Source: a virus
Taxonomy: Duplodnaviria > Caudoviricetes
Strand: one strand, 5' to 3'
DNA length: 64,000 nucleotides
IMG/VR virus record: IMGVR_UViG_3300020450_000008
Program-made: the position numbers and the translations under genes
In this document: piece after piece, positions 1-10,500 of the stretch
Layout: the number at the start of each line of letters is the position of its first letter
Position numbering within the stretch: position 1 is the stretch's first letter
The notes under the pieces: model-generated
What the model saw: only the letters and a program-made list of their open reading frames with translations
Told to the model about the DNA's origin: nothing
Databases searched by the model: none

Positions 1-2
1 AG

Positions 3-3000
3 GGTGCATTTAGAATGCATCTACCAACTCAATTCTTCATAGGTGAGAAAAACTTTGACTCAAATGTTGAAAGAGTTATTGATTCAGATTATGTTGCCGC
101 AAGGACAACTCATTTAAATATTTGGAATCAAGGAAATCTTGCCGGTGACGGTATACCAGGTGATGGATTAGAGTACGATTTTGTAAATTATGCAGGTGGT
201 GGCGCAGTCATAATAGGTTCACCTAGTGAACTTCAAGCTGGAGACAGTGATACTAAATTCATAGTAGATCGCGGAAACGTTTTATTTAAAGATGGCGGAT
301 CTTGGGATGGAAGCGGTATTGCTGATCCAAATAACTGGAATGCATCTTATGACAGAATTCCAAACTTAGGTGCTGGCGCACGAATGATGTTCATTCCAAA
401 GCGTGGAGCTTTCAGAGTTGGTGCAGTATCGGATGATCAATGGAGTGATGATAATGTTGGTGTAGGTTCTGTAGGAATTGGATATAATACAGAAGCATCT
501 AAATTATCTGTAGCTATTGGTACAAATGTTAAGTCTGGTAATAGATCAGTTTATGGATTAAATAATGCTTCAGAAAGATATGTAAAAACAAAAGCAACTT
601 CTATCGGTTTTGATATTAACAATTATATTCAAGAAGGTGTTGCTGTTGGTTACGATATTAATCATTCAACATCGTTTACTGGAACATATGGTAATCAAAC
701 AAGAAACGTTTCTTTTGGTCATACAATCAATGCAACTAACTCATCAGATGCAGTTTCAATTGGAAGAAATATATTCCAAAACAACGGAGGAGTTGTTGTA
801 GGTAAAAATGCTCGAGCTGGTGCTACTAGTCAAGGTAGTGGAGTTGCGATAGGACAAGATGTAGACGCAAGATATAGTGGTACCGCAATAGGTAGAAATG
901 TCACGGCTAGTTCTTCTTCAACTTCTGTTGGAATTGGTATTTCTAATACAGCAACATCAGGTGGTGTTGTAATTGGTAAAAGTAGCAGCACTTCAACATC
1001 AGGCGGTGTTGCTGTTGGTAGTAGTGTAAGGGCATCTACTGGTTCTGGAGTCGTTGTAGGTTCTTCTTCAACGGTTTCATATGGAGGAGTTGTACTAGGT
1101 TCAAACAATAGTAGCTCAGGTAATACTATTATTGGAACTGGAAACACATCAGGTGGTTCTTATTACAGAGGTGCAATAATTGGTACAAACAATAGCTCTA
1201 CGTATGGTGGAGTTATAATAGGTGTTGGTAATGAAAATAATGTTCGTTCTGGAATATCCATTGGATATTACAATTACCAAAATGATTATTACATTTATGC
1301 TATAGGTGAAAGAAATTATAATAACAATCGAAGCATTAATATATTTGGAAGACAAAACTATAATAACAGTGGTTATTCTACGAGTTCTAGAGATCAAATC
1401 TTTGGTAATTATAACCAATACAACACATACTCAAGTACTGATCAAGCTGTTAGTTACAGATCCATATTTGGACATGAAAACAAATATAACTACAGTGGTA
1501 CAATAATAGGAAATTATAACGAGTATAATAGTGGTCTTAACATATACGGTGATAATAATACTAACAACTTAAAAGGTGCTGGTAGTGCTACATATGGTGG
1601 CGCTGGATACATTTATGGTCGCCAAACTATAGTTAAAGATGGTGGTATGGCATTTGGCCACGGAAATATTGCTGAATATAATGGGTTTGTATTTGGTTCT
1701 GGAAATACTTCAATACGAGAAGGTTATAGCTATGGTACTGGAAACCGAGCTGTTCTAAAAGGTTATGCCTTTGGATACGATAATACTTTATTAGGTGATA
1801 GTAATGCTATAGGAACTACTGAATTTCCAATGACATTTGGTAGGGATAACATCGCTACAAATGGTGGTATAGCATTTGGTGAAACAAATACAGTATCAAA
1901 TAGAGGTATTGCGCTAGGTGGTGGAAACACATCTTCTGGTACACGTTCAGTGGTTATAGGTTCAGCTATGACAGTATCAGGTAACTATTCTGTTGGAATA
2001 GGTCTTGATGATAATTTTTCTGGAACTGTAACCGCAAATAATACAATGGCAATTGTCGGAGGTGGGGTTGCGATAGGAAATACCTCGGTGTCAGGAGCAG
2101 TAGGTAACACTTTACTCGAAGTTTCTGGTAATGTAAATGTAGTTGGACCTTATGATTACTATAGACATGGTAAAGTATTATCTAGTTACATAACAGATGA
2201 TGTTATCAATAATAACTATATTTTAAATATTGTAGATTCAGATTATGTTAAATCAGCCGCTGATGTAGCGCATTTACGTAATATCATGACATCGCAGTAT
2301 TTCTTCCAAAGTAATTTAAGTAATAATAACTTAACATATGCTGGAACGGGTCGTGTTGGAATCGGCAGAGATCCTATAGCGATACCAGGTCATAACGATC
2401 CTATGCTAGATGTTGATGGTAATCTATCATTATCAGGAGAAATTTTTATCAATGGTGTAAGAGTCGTTCCAAGGATTGACAATGTGGATTCATTTGTGGC
2501 AGAATATCATAATGATCCATTGTACATTGGTACTGAAAGTGCAGAAGTTTACTTTGATTCGGCTTATGTAATTCTCAGAGCTCAGGCTGCAATCGATGCA
2601 GGAGTAGCAAGAGTTGATGAACAGTATATAGAAGATAGAATTGATCCATTAATGTTCTTAGACTCAAATCAGGCTTTGATATTAGTTGACGAAAGAATGG
2701 ATCAAAGACAAGTATTTCAGTTTGATGGTACAAAAAGAACTCAATTAACAACAGCAGAAACTGGTGGATTTCCTGTAAGAGTTGGTCTTGGTACCGCACC
2801 TGATCCTACATCAGGTACTGATCCTAGCGTTTTAAAAGTTGGCGGTAATACAACAATTGACGGTCAATTAAAAATCAATGGTAATAACGCTGGAATAATA
2901 ATTAATGGAACTCTTTTCGAACCAACCGAACCTGGATTTAAACTTAACAATCTTGGAGATTTAGAAATAAATCCAACTTATGGTTCTGTTGATGTTGGAA

Positions 3001-4529
3001 TAGGAATATCTGGAGTTGCTTCAGCAAAACTAGATGTTGGTGGTGCTGTAAATGCCACAGATCTTAAAATTAGTGGACAAAGTATAGACGATAGATTTAA
3101 TGCAGCTTACGTACAAGCAAATCAGCTATTAATTGACTCGGAATCAATTATACAATTAATCGATTCTGATTATGTAAAATTTATTGCTGACAGTAACTAC
3201 ATTTTATCTGCAGCAGATTCACAACATATCCAGACTTATGCTGACATATTCTGGATTAGAGAAAATGCCGATAGTAATTATATTAGGACTGCAGCTGATA
3301 GTTCATATATTAAACCAATAATTGATCAACACTACATACAGTTTAATGCAGATTCAGCTTATATAAGATCTGCTGCTGATAGTGATTACATCCACACTGC
3401 CGCTGACTCTTCTTACTTAAAACCAATAATTGATCAAAAATATATTAGATTTAATGCCGATAGTAATTATATTAGATCAGCAACTGATAGTGCATATCTC
3501 AAACCTATTATAGATGAAACATACATAAGAGGTCATGCAGATTCAGAATGGATTCTTTCAATAGCGGATTCTTTACATGTAAGAAGGATAATGGATTCTG
3601 CATTTGTTGGTTCAATAACTGGAATTGGAAATAGAAGTGTAAGTTTTGGTCAACACAATATTGAATTTCAAAATCAAGCTTCTACTCCGATAGGATTTCC
3701 AAATGCTACCAATAACACTGGTAATGTTTATGTTGCCCTTAATGACAATAAGCCATATGTTTCTGCAGCAGGTCAATGGAATAGATTTCCAATTGTTGAT
3801 GATATTCCAAATATTGTAGATTCAGATTATGTTCAAGCTAGACAAAAACTATTAGATTCCGCAGCTGTTCTTGGTTTGATCGACTCAGATTATGTTCTTG
3901 GAATAACAGCACAACAAATTGCAAATTCTTTAAGTTCAGGTATTGGTGGACAAACAGTAGTACGTGCACATAATTATACAGCTACACAAGGACAAACAAT
4001 ATTCGAGGGTGCTGATTTATCTGGTATAACGTTGTCATACATCATTGGTTCAGTTATAGTAACCGTGAATGGTGTAACAATGACAAATGGCGTTGATTAT
4101 AACGCAACTACCGGAACAAGAATAACATTTACATCAGCACTTGACGCACAAGATGACGTGACAGTCTATTCCACAGTTCATGCTGGAGGCGGTGAAAACA
4201 TTGCGGATTCCTCAGTTGTATCAACTGGAACAGAAGTTATTATTGATCAGTTTGCGCATCTAGGTAAAATGAGATCAGCCGATTATATCATTCACATGGA
4301 TGATTCATCTGCATCTGGTTCTCATTCAAGAGTGAGTAGAATACATTTAACATATAACAGATCAGTTGTAAATATGACTGAATTTGGTGTGGTTACAACC
4401 TTTGAAACTAAAGACAGTGACATGGGTACATTAGCCGCTGATGAAAATGCTGGAGTGATTAGACTTAAATTTACAAGATCATACGGTAGAGGTGATGTTA
4501 CTGTGAAGACTAATAAGACTATTATATAA
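3..4529 (+). CDS. Long tail-fibre/adhesin-like virion protein, 5'-truncated: YadA-like beta-roll head, 9-aa repeat stalk, C-terminal phage structural domain
   Basis: Frame is open from nt 3 (GAFR before the Met at 15, the same motif as internal GAFRV), so the gene starts upstream of the window. Many ~14-aa G-x-[AV]-[IV]-G repeats; DSxY repeats; located in the structural module. Confidence 0.8.
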   Translation, partial: GAFRMHLPTQFFIGEKNFDSNVERVIDSDYVAARTTHLNIWNQGNLAGDGIPGDGLEYDFVNYAGGGAVIIGSPSELQAGDSDTKFIVDRGNVLFKDGGSWDGSGIADPNNWNASYDRIPNLGAGARMMFIPKRGAFRVGAVSDDQWSDDNVGVGSVGIGYNTEASKLSVAIGTNVKSGNRSVYGLNNASERYVKTKATSIGFDINNYIQEGVAVGYDINHSTSFTGTYGNQTRNVSFGHTINATNSSDAVSIGRNIFQNNGGVVVGKNARAGATSQGSGVAIGQDVDARYSGTAIGRNVTASSSSTSVGIGISNTATSGGVVIGKSSSTSTSGGVAVGSSVRASTGSGVVVGSSSTVSYGGVVLGSNNSSSGNTIIGTGNTSGGSYYRGAIIGTNNSSTYGGVIIGVGNENNVRSGISIGYYNYQNDYYIYAIGERNYNNNRSINIFGRQNYNNSGYSTSSRDQIFGNYNQYNTYSSTDQAVSYRSIFGHENKYNYSGTIIGNYNEYNSGLNIYGDNNTNNLKGAGSATYGGAGYIYGRQTIVKDGGMAFGHGNIAEYNGFVFGSGNTSIREGYSYGTGNRAVLKGYAFGYDNTLLGDSNAIGTTEFPMTFGRDNIATNGGIAFGETNTVSNRGIALGGGNTSSGTRSVVIGSAMTVSGNYSVGIGLDDNFSGTVTANNTMAIVGGGVAIGNTSVSGAVGNTLLEVSGNVNVVGPYDYYRHGKVLSSYITDDVINNNYILNIVDSDYVKSAADVAHLRNIMTSQYFFQSNLSNNNLTYAGTGRVGIGRDPIAIPGHNDPMLDVDGNLSLSGEIFINGVRVVPRIDNVDSFVAEYHNDPLYIGTESAEVYFDSAYVILRAQAAIDAGVARVDEQYIEDRIDPLMFLDSNQALILVDERMDQRQVFQFDGTKRTQLTTAETGGFPVRVGLGTAPDPTSGTDPSVLKVGGNTTIDGQLKINGNNAGIIINGTLFEPTEPGFKLNNLGDLEINPTYGSVDVGIGISGVASAKLDVGGAVNATDLKISGQSIDDRFNAAYVQANQLLIDSESIIQLIDSDYVKFIADSNYILSAADSQHIQTYADIFWIRENADSNYIRTAADSSYIKPIIDQHYIQFNADSAYIRSAADSDYIHTAADSSYLKPIIDQKYIRFNADSNYIRSATDSAYLKPIIDETYIRGHADSEWILSIADSLHVRRIMDSAFVGSITGIGNRSVSFGQHNIEFQNQASTPIGFPNATNNTGNVYVALNDNKPYVSAAGQWNRFPIVDDIPNIVDSDYVQARQKLLDSAAVLGLIDSDYVLGITAQQIANSLSSGIGGQTVVRAHNYTATQGQTIFEGADLSGITLSYIIGSVIVTVNGVTMTNGVDYNATTGTRITFTSALDAQDDVTVYSTVHAGGGENIADSSVVSTGTEVIIDQFAHLGKMRSADYIIHMDDSSASGSHSRVSRIHLTYNRSVVNMTEFGVVTTFETKDSDMGTLAADENAGVIRLKFTRSYGRGDVTVKTNKTII
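3132..3617 (+). repeat. 18 consecutive in-frame 27-nt (9-aa) repeats, consensus [AI]-D-S-x-Y-I-x-x-x
   Basis: Translation reads IDSESIIQL IDSDYVKFI ADSNYILSA ... MDSAFVGSI with no phase slip; 18x27 nt = 486 nt. Confidence 0.9.
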
Positions 4530-4532
4530 ATA
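4525..4532 (+). promoter_or_regulatory. T4-type late promoter TATAAATA
   Basis: Exact gp55 consensus, 35 nt upstream of the 4567 start; gp55 is encoded in the window. Confidence 0.85.
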
Positions 4533-4566
4533 GAAAAATAAACTAACGCCACGGGGAAAGTGAACT

Positions 4567-7500
4567 ATGGCAGATAAAGATTTTAAGGTCAAACGCGGCC
4601 TTGAAGTACAAGATAACGCATTAGTTAGAGGTAACATACAAGTTGTTAGTTCTACTGGTGTAGTTTCAGATCTAGTAGATTCTAATAATAACATTGTTGT
4701 TGTTTCTAATATAAGAGGGCCATCAACACTTGTAATAGATCCGGCTGCTCATGATTCGAATTCTGGTACTGTACGCATACTTGGAAATTTACAAGTTGAA
4801 GGTACAACAACTACAATAAATTCTGCCACAGTTAGTTTAAATGATAAGAATTTAGTTCTTGCTGATTCTGCAGCTAATGCTGCAGCTGCTGACGGCGCCG
4901 GGATTACCATAAATGGTGCCAACGCGACTTTAACATACAACGCAGCTGGCGATAAATTTGTATTCAATAAACCTATCGAAACTAGCGCTCTTACAGGAAA
5001 TATAACTGGTACTGTATCAAGTATTGCTAATCATAGTACTGATGATTTAAGCGAAGGTAGTAGTAATTTATATTATACAGATGGTAGAGTTGCAACAGCA
5101 ATTCCAACTACAGTTACTTCTTCTTATGTTCAAGCTCGAGCTGATAGCGATTATATTAAAACTGCTGCAGATTCAGATTATATTAAAACCGCGATAACAG
5201 CATCTTATATTCAAGCAAATCAAACACCTTCAGATGTTGTTTCTGATACGACACCTCAGTTAGGCGGAAACTTAGATTTAAACAGTAAAAACATTACAGG
5301 TACTGGTAATATAGACATTACAGGTACTTCAGCAGTTAGTGGACTTAATACTCTTGGCGGGGCCCAATTCACAGGAAACATAACACCTACTACTGGAGCA
5401 GGTGTTGAAATATTTGCTCCTAATTCTTCAACAGGTCAAGTACAAGCATTTAACAGAGGTGGGGCCGCCTTTAATAAACTAATAGTCAAAGGTGATCCAG
5501 TCGAAATCTATGATGGGTCTACAAAGAGAATAGAAACAACGGGTTCTGGTGTTACAGTATCTGGAACTCTTACTGCTACGTCATTCTCTGGAGATGGATC
5601 TAATTTAACAAATCTTCCTACTGGTGGTTTACTATCAAATATTGTAGAAGATACAACTCCTCAACTTGGTGGCAACTTAGATTTAAATAGCAAAAATATT
5701 ACAGGCACTGGTAAAATACAGATCACAGGTAACATAGAATTACCTGATAATTATGAAGTAAGACTTGGAACCGGACTTGATTTAACTTTTGCTCACTATG
5801 GTGGAAATTCTGAAATAAGAAACAGAACTGGTGAACTTAAAATCTTAGGCGATAATATAAAAATCAGAAATGACGCTAACAGTGAAGTATATATTTCTGC
5901 TGTTAACAATGGCGCTGTAGAACTTTATCATAACAACATTAAGAAATTAGAAACAACATCCGGTGGTACTACAGTAACTGGAACAGTAACAGCTACAGCA
6001 TTTTCAGGAGATGGTTCTAATTTAACAGGCTTGAATATAGTAACAGACACTTCACCTCAACTTGGTGGTGATCTGGCCAGTAATGGAAATAATATTAACA
6101 TTGCTGATGGTGACTTTATTAAAGTAGGTACTGGAAATGATTTAGAAATATACCATCAGTCAAACGTATCTTATTTAAAATCTACAAACACGGCAGCACC
6201 TATAAGACTACAAGCTCCTGCTGGTGAAATAATGGCAAATTTTGCGCCTAATGCTGGCGTTGAGATATACTATGATGGAACAAAGAAATTTGAAACGACA
6301 TCAGCGGGTGCAACAGTAACTGGAACTCTCAATGCAGATACCTTTTCGCTTGCTGATAATGCAAAAATTAATGTTGGTGCTGGTAATGATCTACAAATCT
6401 ATCATGATGGATCTCACAGTCGTATTGAAGATGTAGGAACCGGATATTTAATAATAAAATCCAGTGAGGTACAAATACAATCTTCAAATGGTGAAGATAT
6501 GGCTAAATTTGAGCCAGATGGAGCAGTAAGACTTTATCACGACAATATAGAAAAAATCACGACAACTTCAGGTGGTGCTACAGTAGCTGGTAATATAGTT
6601 GTCTCTGGAACAGTTGATGGTAGAGATATTGCAACAGATGGTACCAAGTTAGATGGGATTGATGTTAGTGCTACAGCCAATCCTATAACAGGTGCACAGG
6701 CCGATAGAATAATAACATCAGGTGGTGGTAAGGCGTTAACTGCTCAGGCTGACTTTCAATTTGATGGTACTAACTTATTCATTCCAGCAGAAATGCGGCA
6801 TCTTGGAGATCCAGATACTAAACTAGGATTTACTACTGATACGATTACATTAACTGCTGGTGGAGTTGCAGCGCAAACCATTACTGCAACTAGTACAACC
6901 ATAGCTGGTAACTTAATAGTTAATGGTACAACCACAACAATTAACAGTTCAACACTGGATGTAGATGATCTCAATATTACTGTTGCAAAAGGTGCGGGAT
7001 CTGCTGCAGCGGCTAATGGTGCAGGACTTACTGTTGACGGTGCCAGTGCAACTTTATTATATCAAAATACTGGAGATAAATGGGTATTTAATAAACCACT
7101 TGAAGCAACATCGTTTACTGGTAACGTAACTTCAACTAGTGTTAATATAGACGGTGGCGCGATTGATGGTACAAATATTGGAGCTACTACACCAGGTACA
7201 GGTGCTTTTACAACATTAACTGGAAATACGATAGGTGGGTTTAGTCACTTAAGTGCTGTTGGTGGAGGTAGCACTGTTGAAATTGTCGTCACTGTTGCTT
7301 CAAAAACTGCAGCTCATAGATATAACGGATCTGGTTCTGGACTTGGTTATGTTCTTGATGGAGTTCAAGCTCCTTATCTTACACTCACACCAGGTAGAAC
7401 ATATAGGTTTAAACAAGATGACGGATCAAACTCTGGTCATCCTTTTAGATTTTATTACGATGCTGCAAAGACTACAGCTTATACTACAAACGTAACTACT

Positions 7501-10500
7501 AATTTATCTGCAGGACAAACAGGTTCATATACGCAGATAGTGGTTGATGAAAATACTCCAGCTGTATTACACTATCAGTGTTCTGCTCATGGATTAATGG
7601 GTAATGCGGCTAGAATGGGAACTCGAAACTTTACTGGTTTTACTACAGATAATGTTACTGAAGGTTCAACAAATCTTTATTATACAGATGCTCGTGTGCA
7701 AGCAGTATCAATTAACAATGTTGTTGAAGATACAAGCCCATCTCTTGGTGGGACTCTAGATGCTAATGGTAATACAATTGATATGGGTACAAATGTTTTA
7801 TCCGATACCAATTTAGGCCAGTTTATTACAGCTTATGGCTGGGGAAATCATGCCAGTGTAGGTTACCTAACAGGAATAACTGGACAATCAATAAATCAAT
7901 TATCAGATGTCAATACAGCTGGAATTGCAACGGGAAATATTCTTAAATGGAATGGTAGTGCTTTCACCGCTCAAGCTGATGCGGGCGGTTTAGATTCAGC
8001 CCTTATAACTCAATTAGTCGACTCAGCTTATGTACAATCTAGACAAACTTCTGGCGGAGGTGGTGGTGGTTCGCTTTCTATTAAAGATGAAGGTTCTGCA
8101 CTATCTTCAGCCGCTACTACACTTAACTTTGTTGGTGCTGGAGTTGTAGCTTCAGGTACAGGTGCGGAGAAAACAATTACAATATCTGGCGGCGGTAGTG
8201 GTATTACAGTACAAGATGAAGGTTCATCACTATCTACAGTTGGAACAACTCTTAACTTTGTAGGTTCTGGTGTTACTGCATCAGGTACAGGATCGACAAA
8301 GACTATTACTATCTCAGGTGGAGGCGGCGGAGGAGGTAGTGGTACAGTTGACTCTGCAGCCACAATTACTCTTATACAAAGTACAGTAGATTCAGCTTAT
8401 GTACAAGCTAGACAAACTTCTGGAGGAGGTGGAGGAGCTAGCGGAGTGGATTCTGCCGCAGTAACAGCATTAATTAATAATGCTTATATTCAAACAAGAG
8501 TTGATCTTGTTGATTCATCTGAAATACTTAATCTAGTCGATTCCGATTACATACAATCAAGAATACTTGGAATTAACGCAAGTAAGATCACAGAATTTAA
8601 GTACATTGCCGATTCAGGTCAGACTGTATTTTCTGGAAATGATGAGAATGGAAATCCTTTAGCGATCACAGCATCAAACCATGAAGTCTACTTAAATGGT
8701 ATAAGACTCTTAAATGCAGATTTTGCAACAGACGCAAGTGCAAATAGTGTTACTTTAGCTCAAGGATTAGATAGTGCAGATGAACTCGTAATAGTTACTC
8801 AAGGTTCTGTTACAACAAATGACAGATTTGTAGTAGGAGCAGGAACACAAAGATTTTTCTACAATACTGATTCTGGTCAATCTTTATTTTTTGGAAATGA
8901 TAAGCATGGAAATTCTTTAACATTTGACTCAGGACAGATCGATGTATATTTAAACGGTATACTATTAACAAATGATGACTTTCATGGAAATGCAGTTACA
9001 AATAGACTTCACTTGTCATCACCTGCTGATAGTGGAGACGATTTAGCTGTAATTGCTTACAATGCCACACTTGCTGCAGAATTTACGGCTGGTACAGGAA
9101 CTCTTAATACATTTAAGTTTACTTTATCAAACGCTCAAACACTTGTTGAGGGAGGTGACCAAAAAGGTAACACACTCGCGTACATTCCAGGCAATGAATT
9201 AGTATTCTTAAACGGTTTATTGTTACAAGACAGTGATGATTATGCAAGAACTTCGACCACAGTAATTACTCTAACAACAGGCGCAAATCCTGGTGATGAA
9301 TTAGTAATTCAAGATTACTCATCAAAATTTTCTGGTAATACTGCTGGAATAATAAATCCTGAATTTAAAGAGTTCAAATACATTGCTGACTCTGGTGATG
9401 CAACATTTTCAGGGGCTGACGCTAATGGTAATACCTTATCACTTACAACAGCCAATCAAGAAGTATTTTTAAATGGAATCAGACTTTTAGCTTCAGATTA
9501 TACAGCTAATACTTCTACTAATACAATAACATTAAATGGATTTACTGCAGTTGATAGTGATGAAATTGTAATTAGTACTTTAGTAGGAAACGTTAGATTT
9601 AATGGTGCACAAACAGTAAGTCAAATCGTTGACTCAGCATATATTGCGGCAAGAACGGAAGCTGGAACTGATTCTTCAACTGTATTAGCACTTATTCAAA
9701 ATACAGTAAATGGAGCTTATGTACAAGCAAGGCAAGTCGATGCTGTTAGAGATTCAGCTTTTATAACTGGTTTAATTGATTCAGCATATATCAATGCTAG
9801 AGTTTCTACAGTTGATTCAGCGCAAGTATTAGGAATTGTAGATAGTGATTATATAAATCTTGTAACTGGAATAGGTCAAAGAGATGTAGACTTTGGCACA
9901 AATAAAATACTCTATTCAAACAACTATGCAAATCTTGCAGCCTTACCAAGTGCTAGCACATATCATGGAATGTTTGCACATGTGCATGGTCAAGGAAAAG
10001 CTTACTACGCGCACGCTGGGAACTGGGTACAATTAGCTGATAAATCGGAAACATTAGATTCATATTACACTTCAGCACTTATTGATTCAGCTTATGTAAA
10101 CTCTAAGTTTGATGGAACAGTTGATCCAAAGTTTACGGACTTCTTGTTTACAGTTGATTCTGGAACAACAACCATAACTGGATTAAGTGATGCTGGAGAT
10201 TCATTAAGTATTGGGACAAATAACTTTGCAGTATTCCTAAATGGTATTAAATTACAAGACATAGACTTTACCGATAGTTCTGCTAATAATAGAATAACAT
10301 TAAATAATCCTCTTGATAGTGCTGATGAAATACTTGTTCAAACGGTTACTTCAACAAGAACTTCATCATTGCCAGCTATATTAGGAACTGTTGATTCGGC
10401 ATACATTCAACAAAGACTTACTGAAATGACTCCTGCTACATCTACGTTCTCGACGTTTAGATATGTGGCAACTGAAGGACAAAGGCTGTACACTGGCAAT

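Noticed and set aside
3132-3617. 27-nt periodic repeats as a CRISPR-like array
   Set aside because: The repeats are in-frame and conserved at the protein level, with no constant repeat/unique spacer structure and no cas genes.
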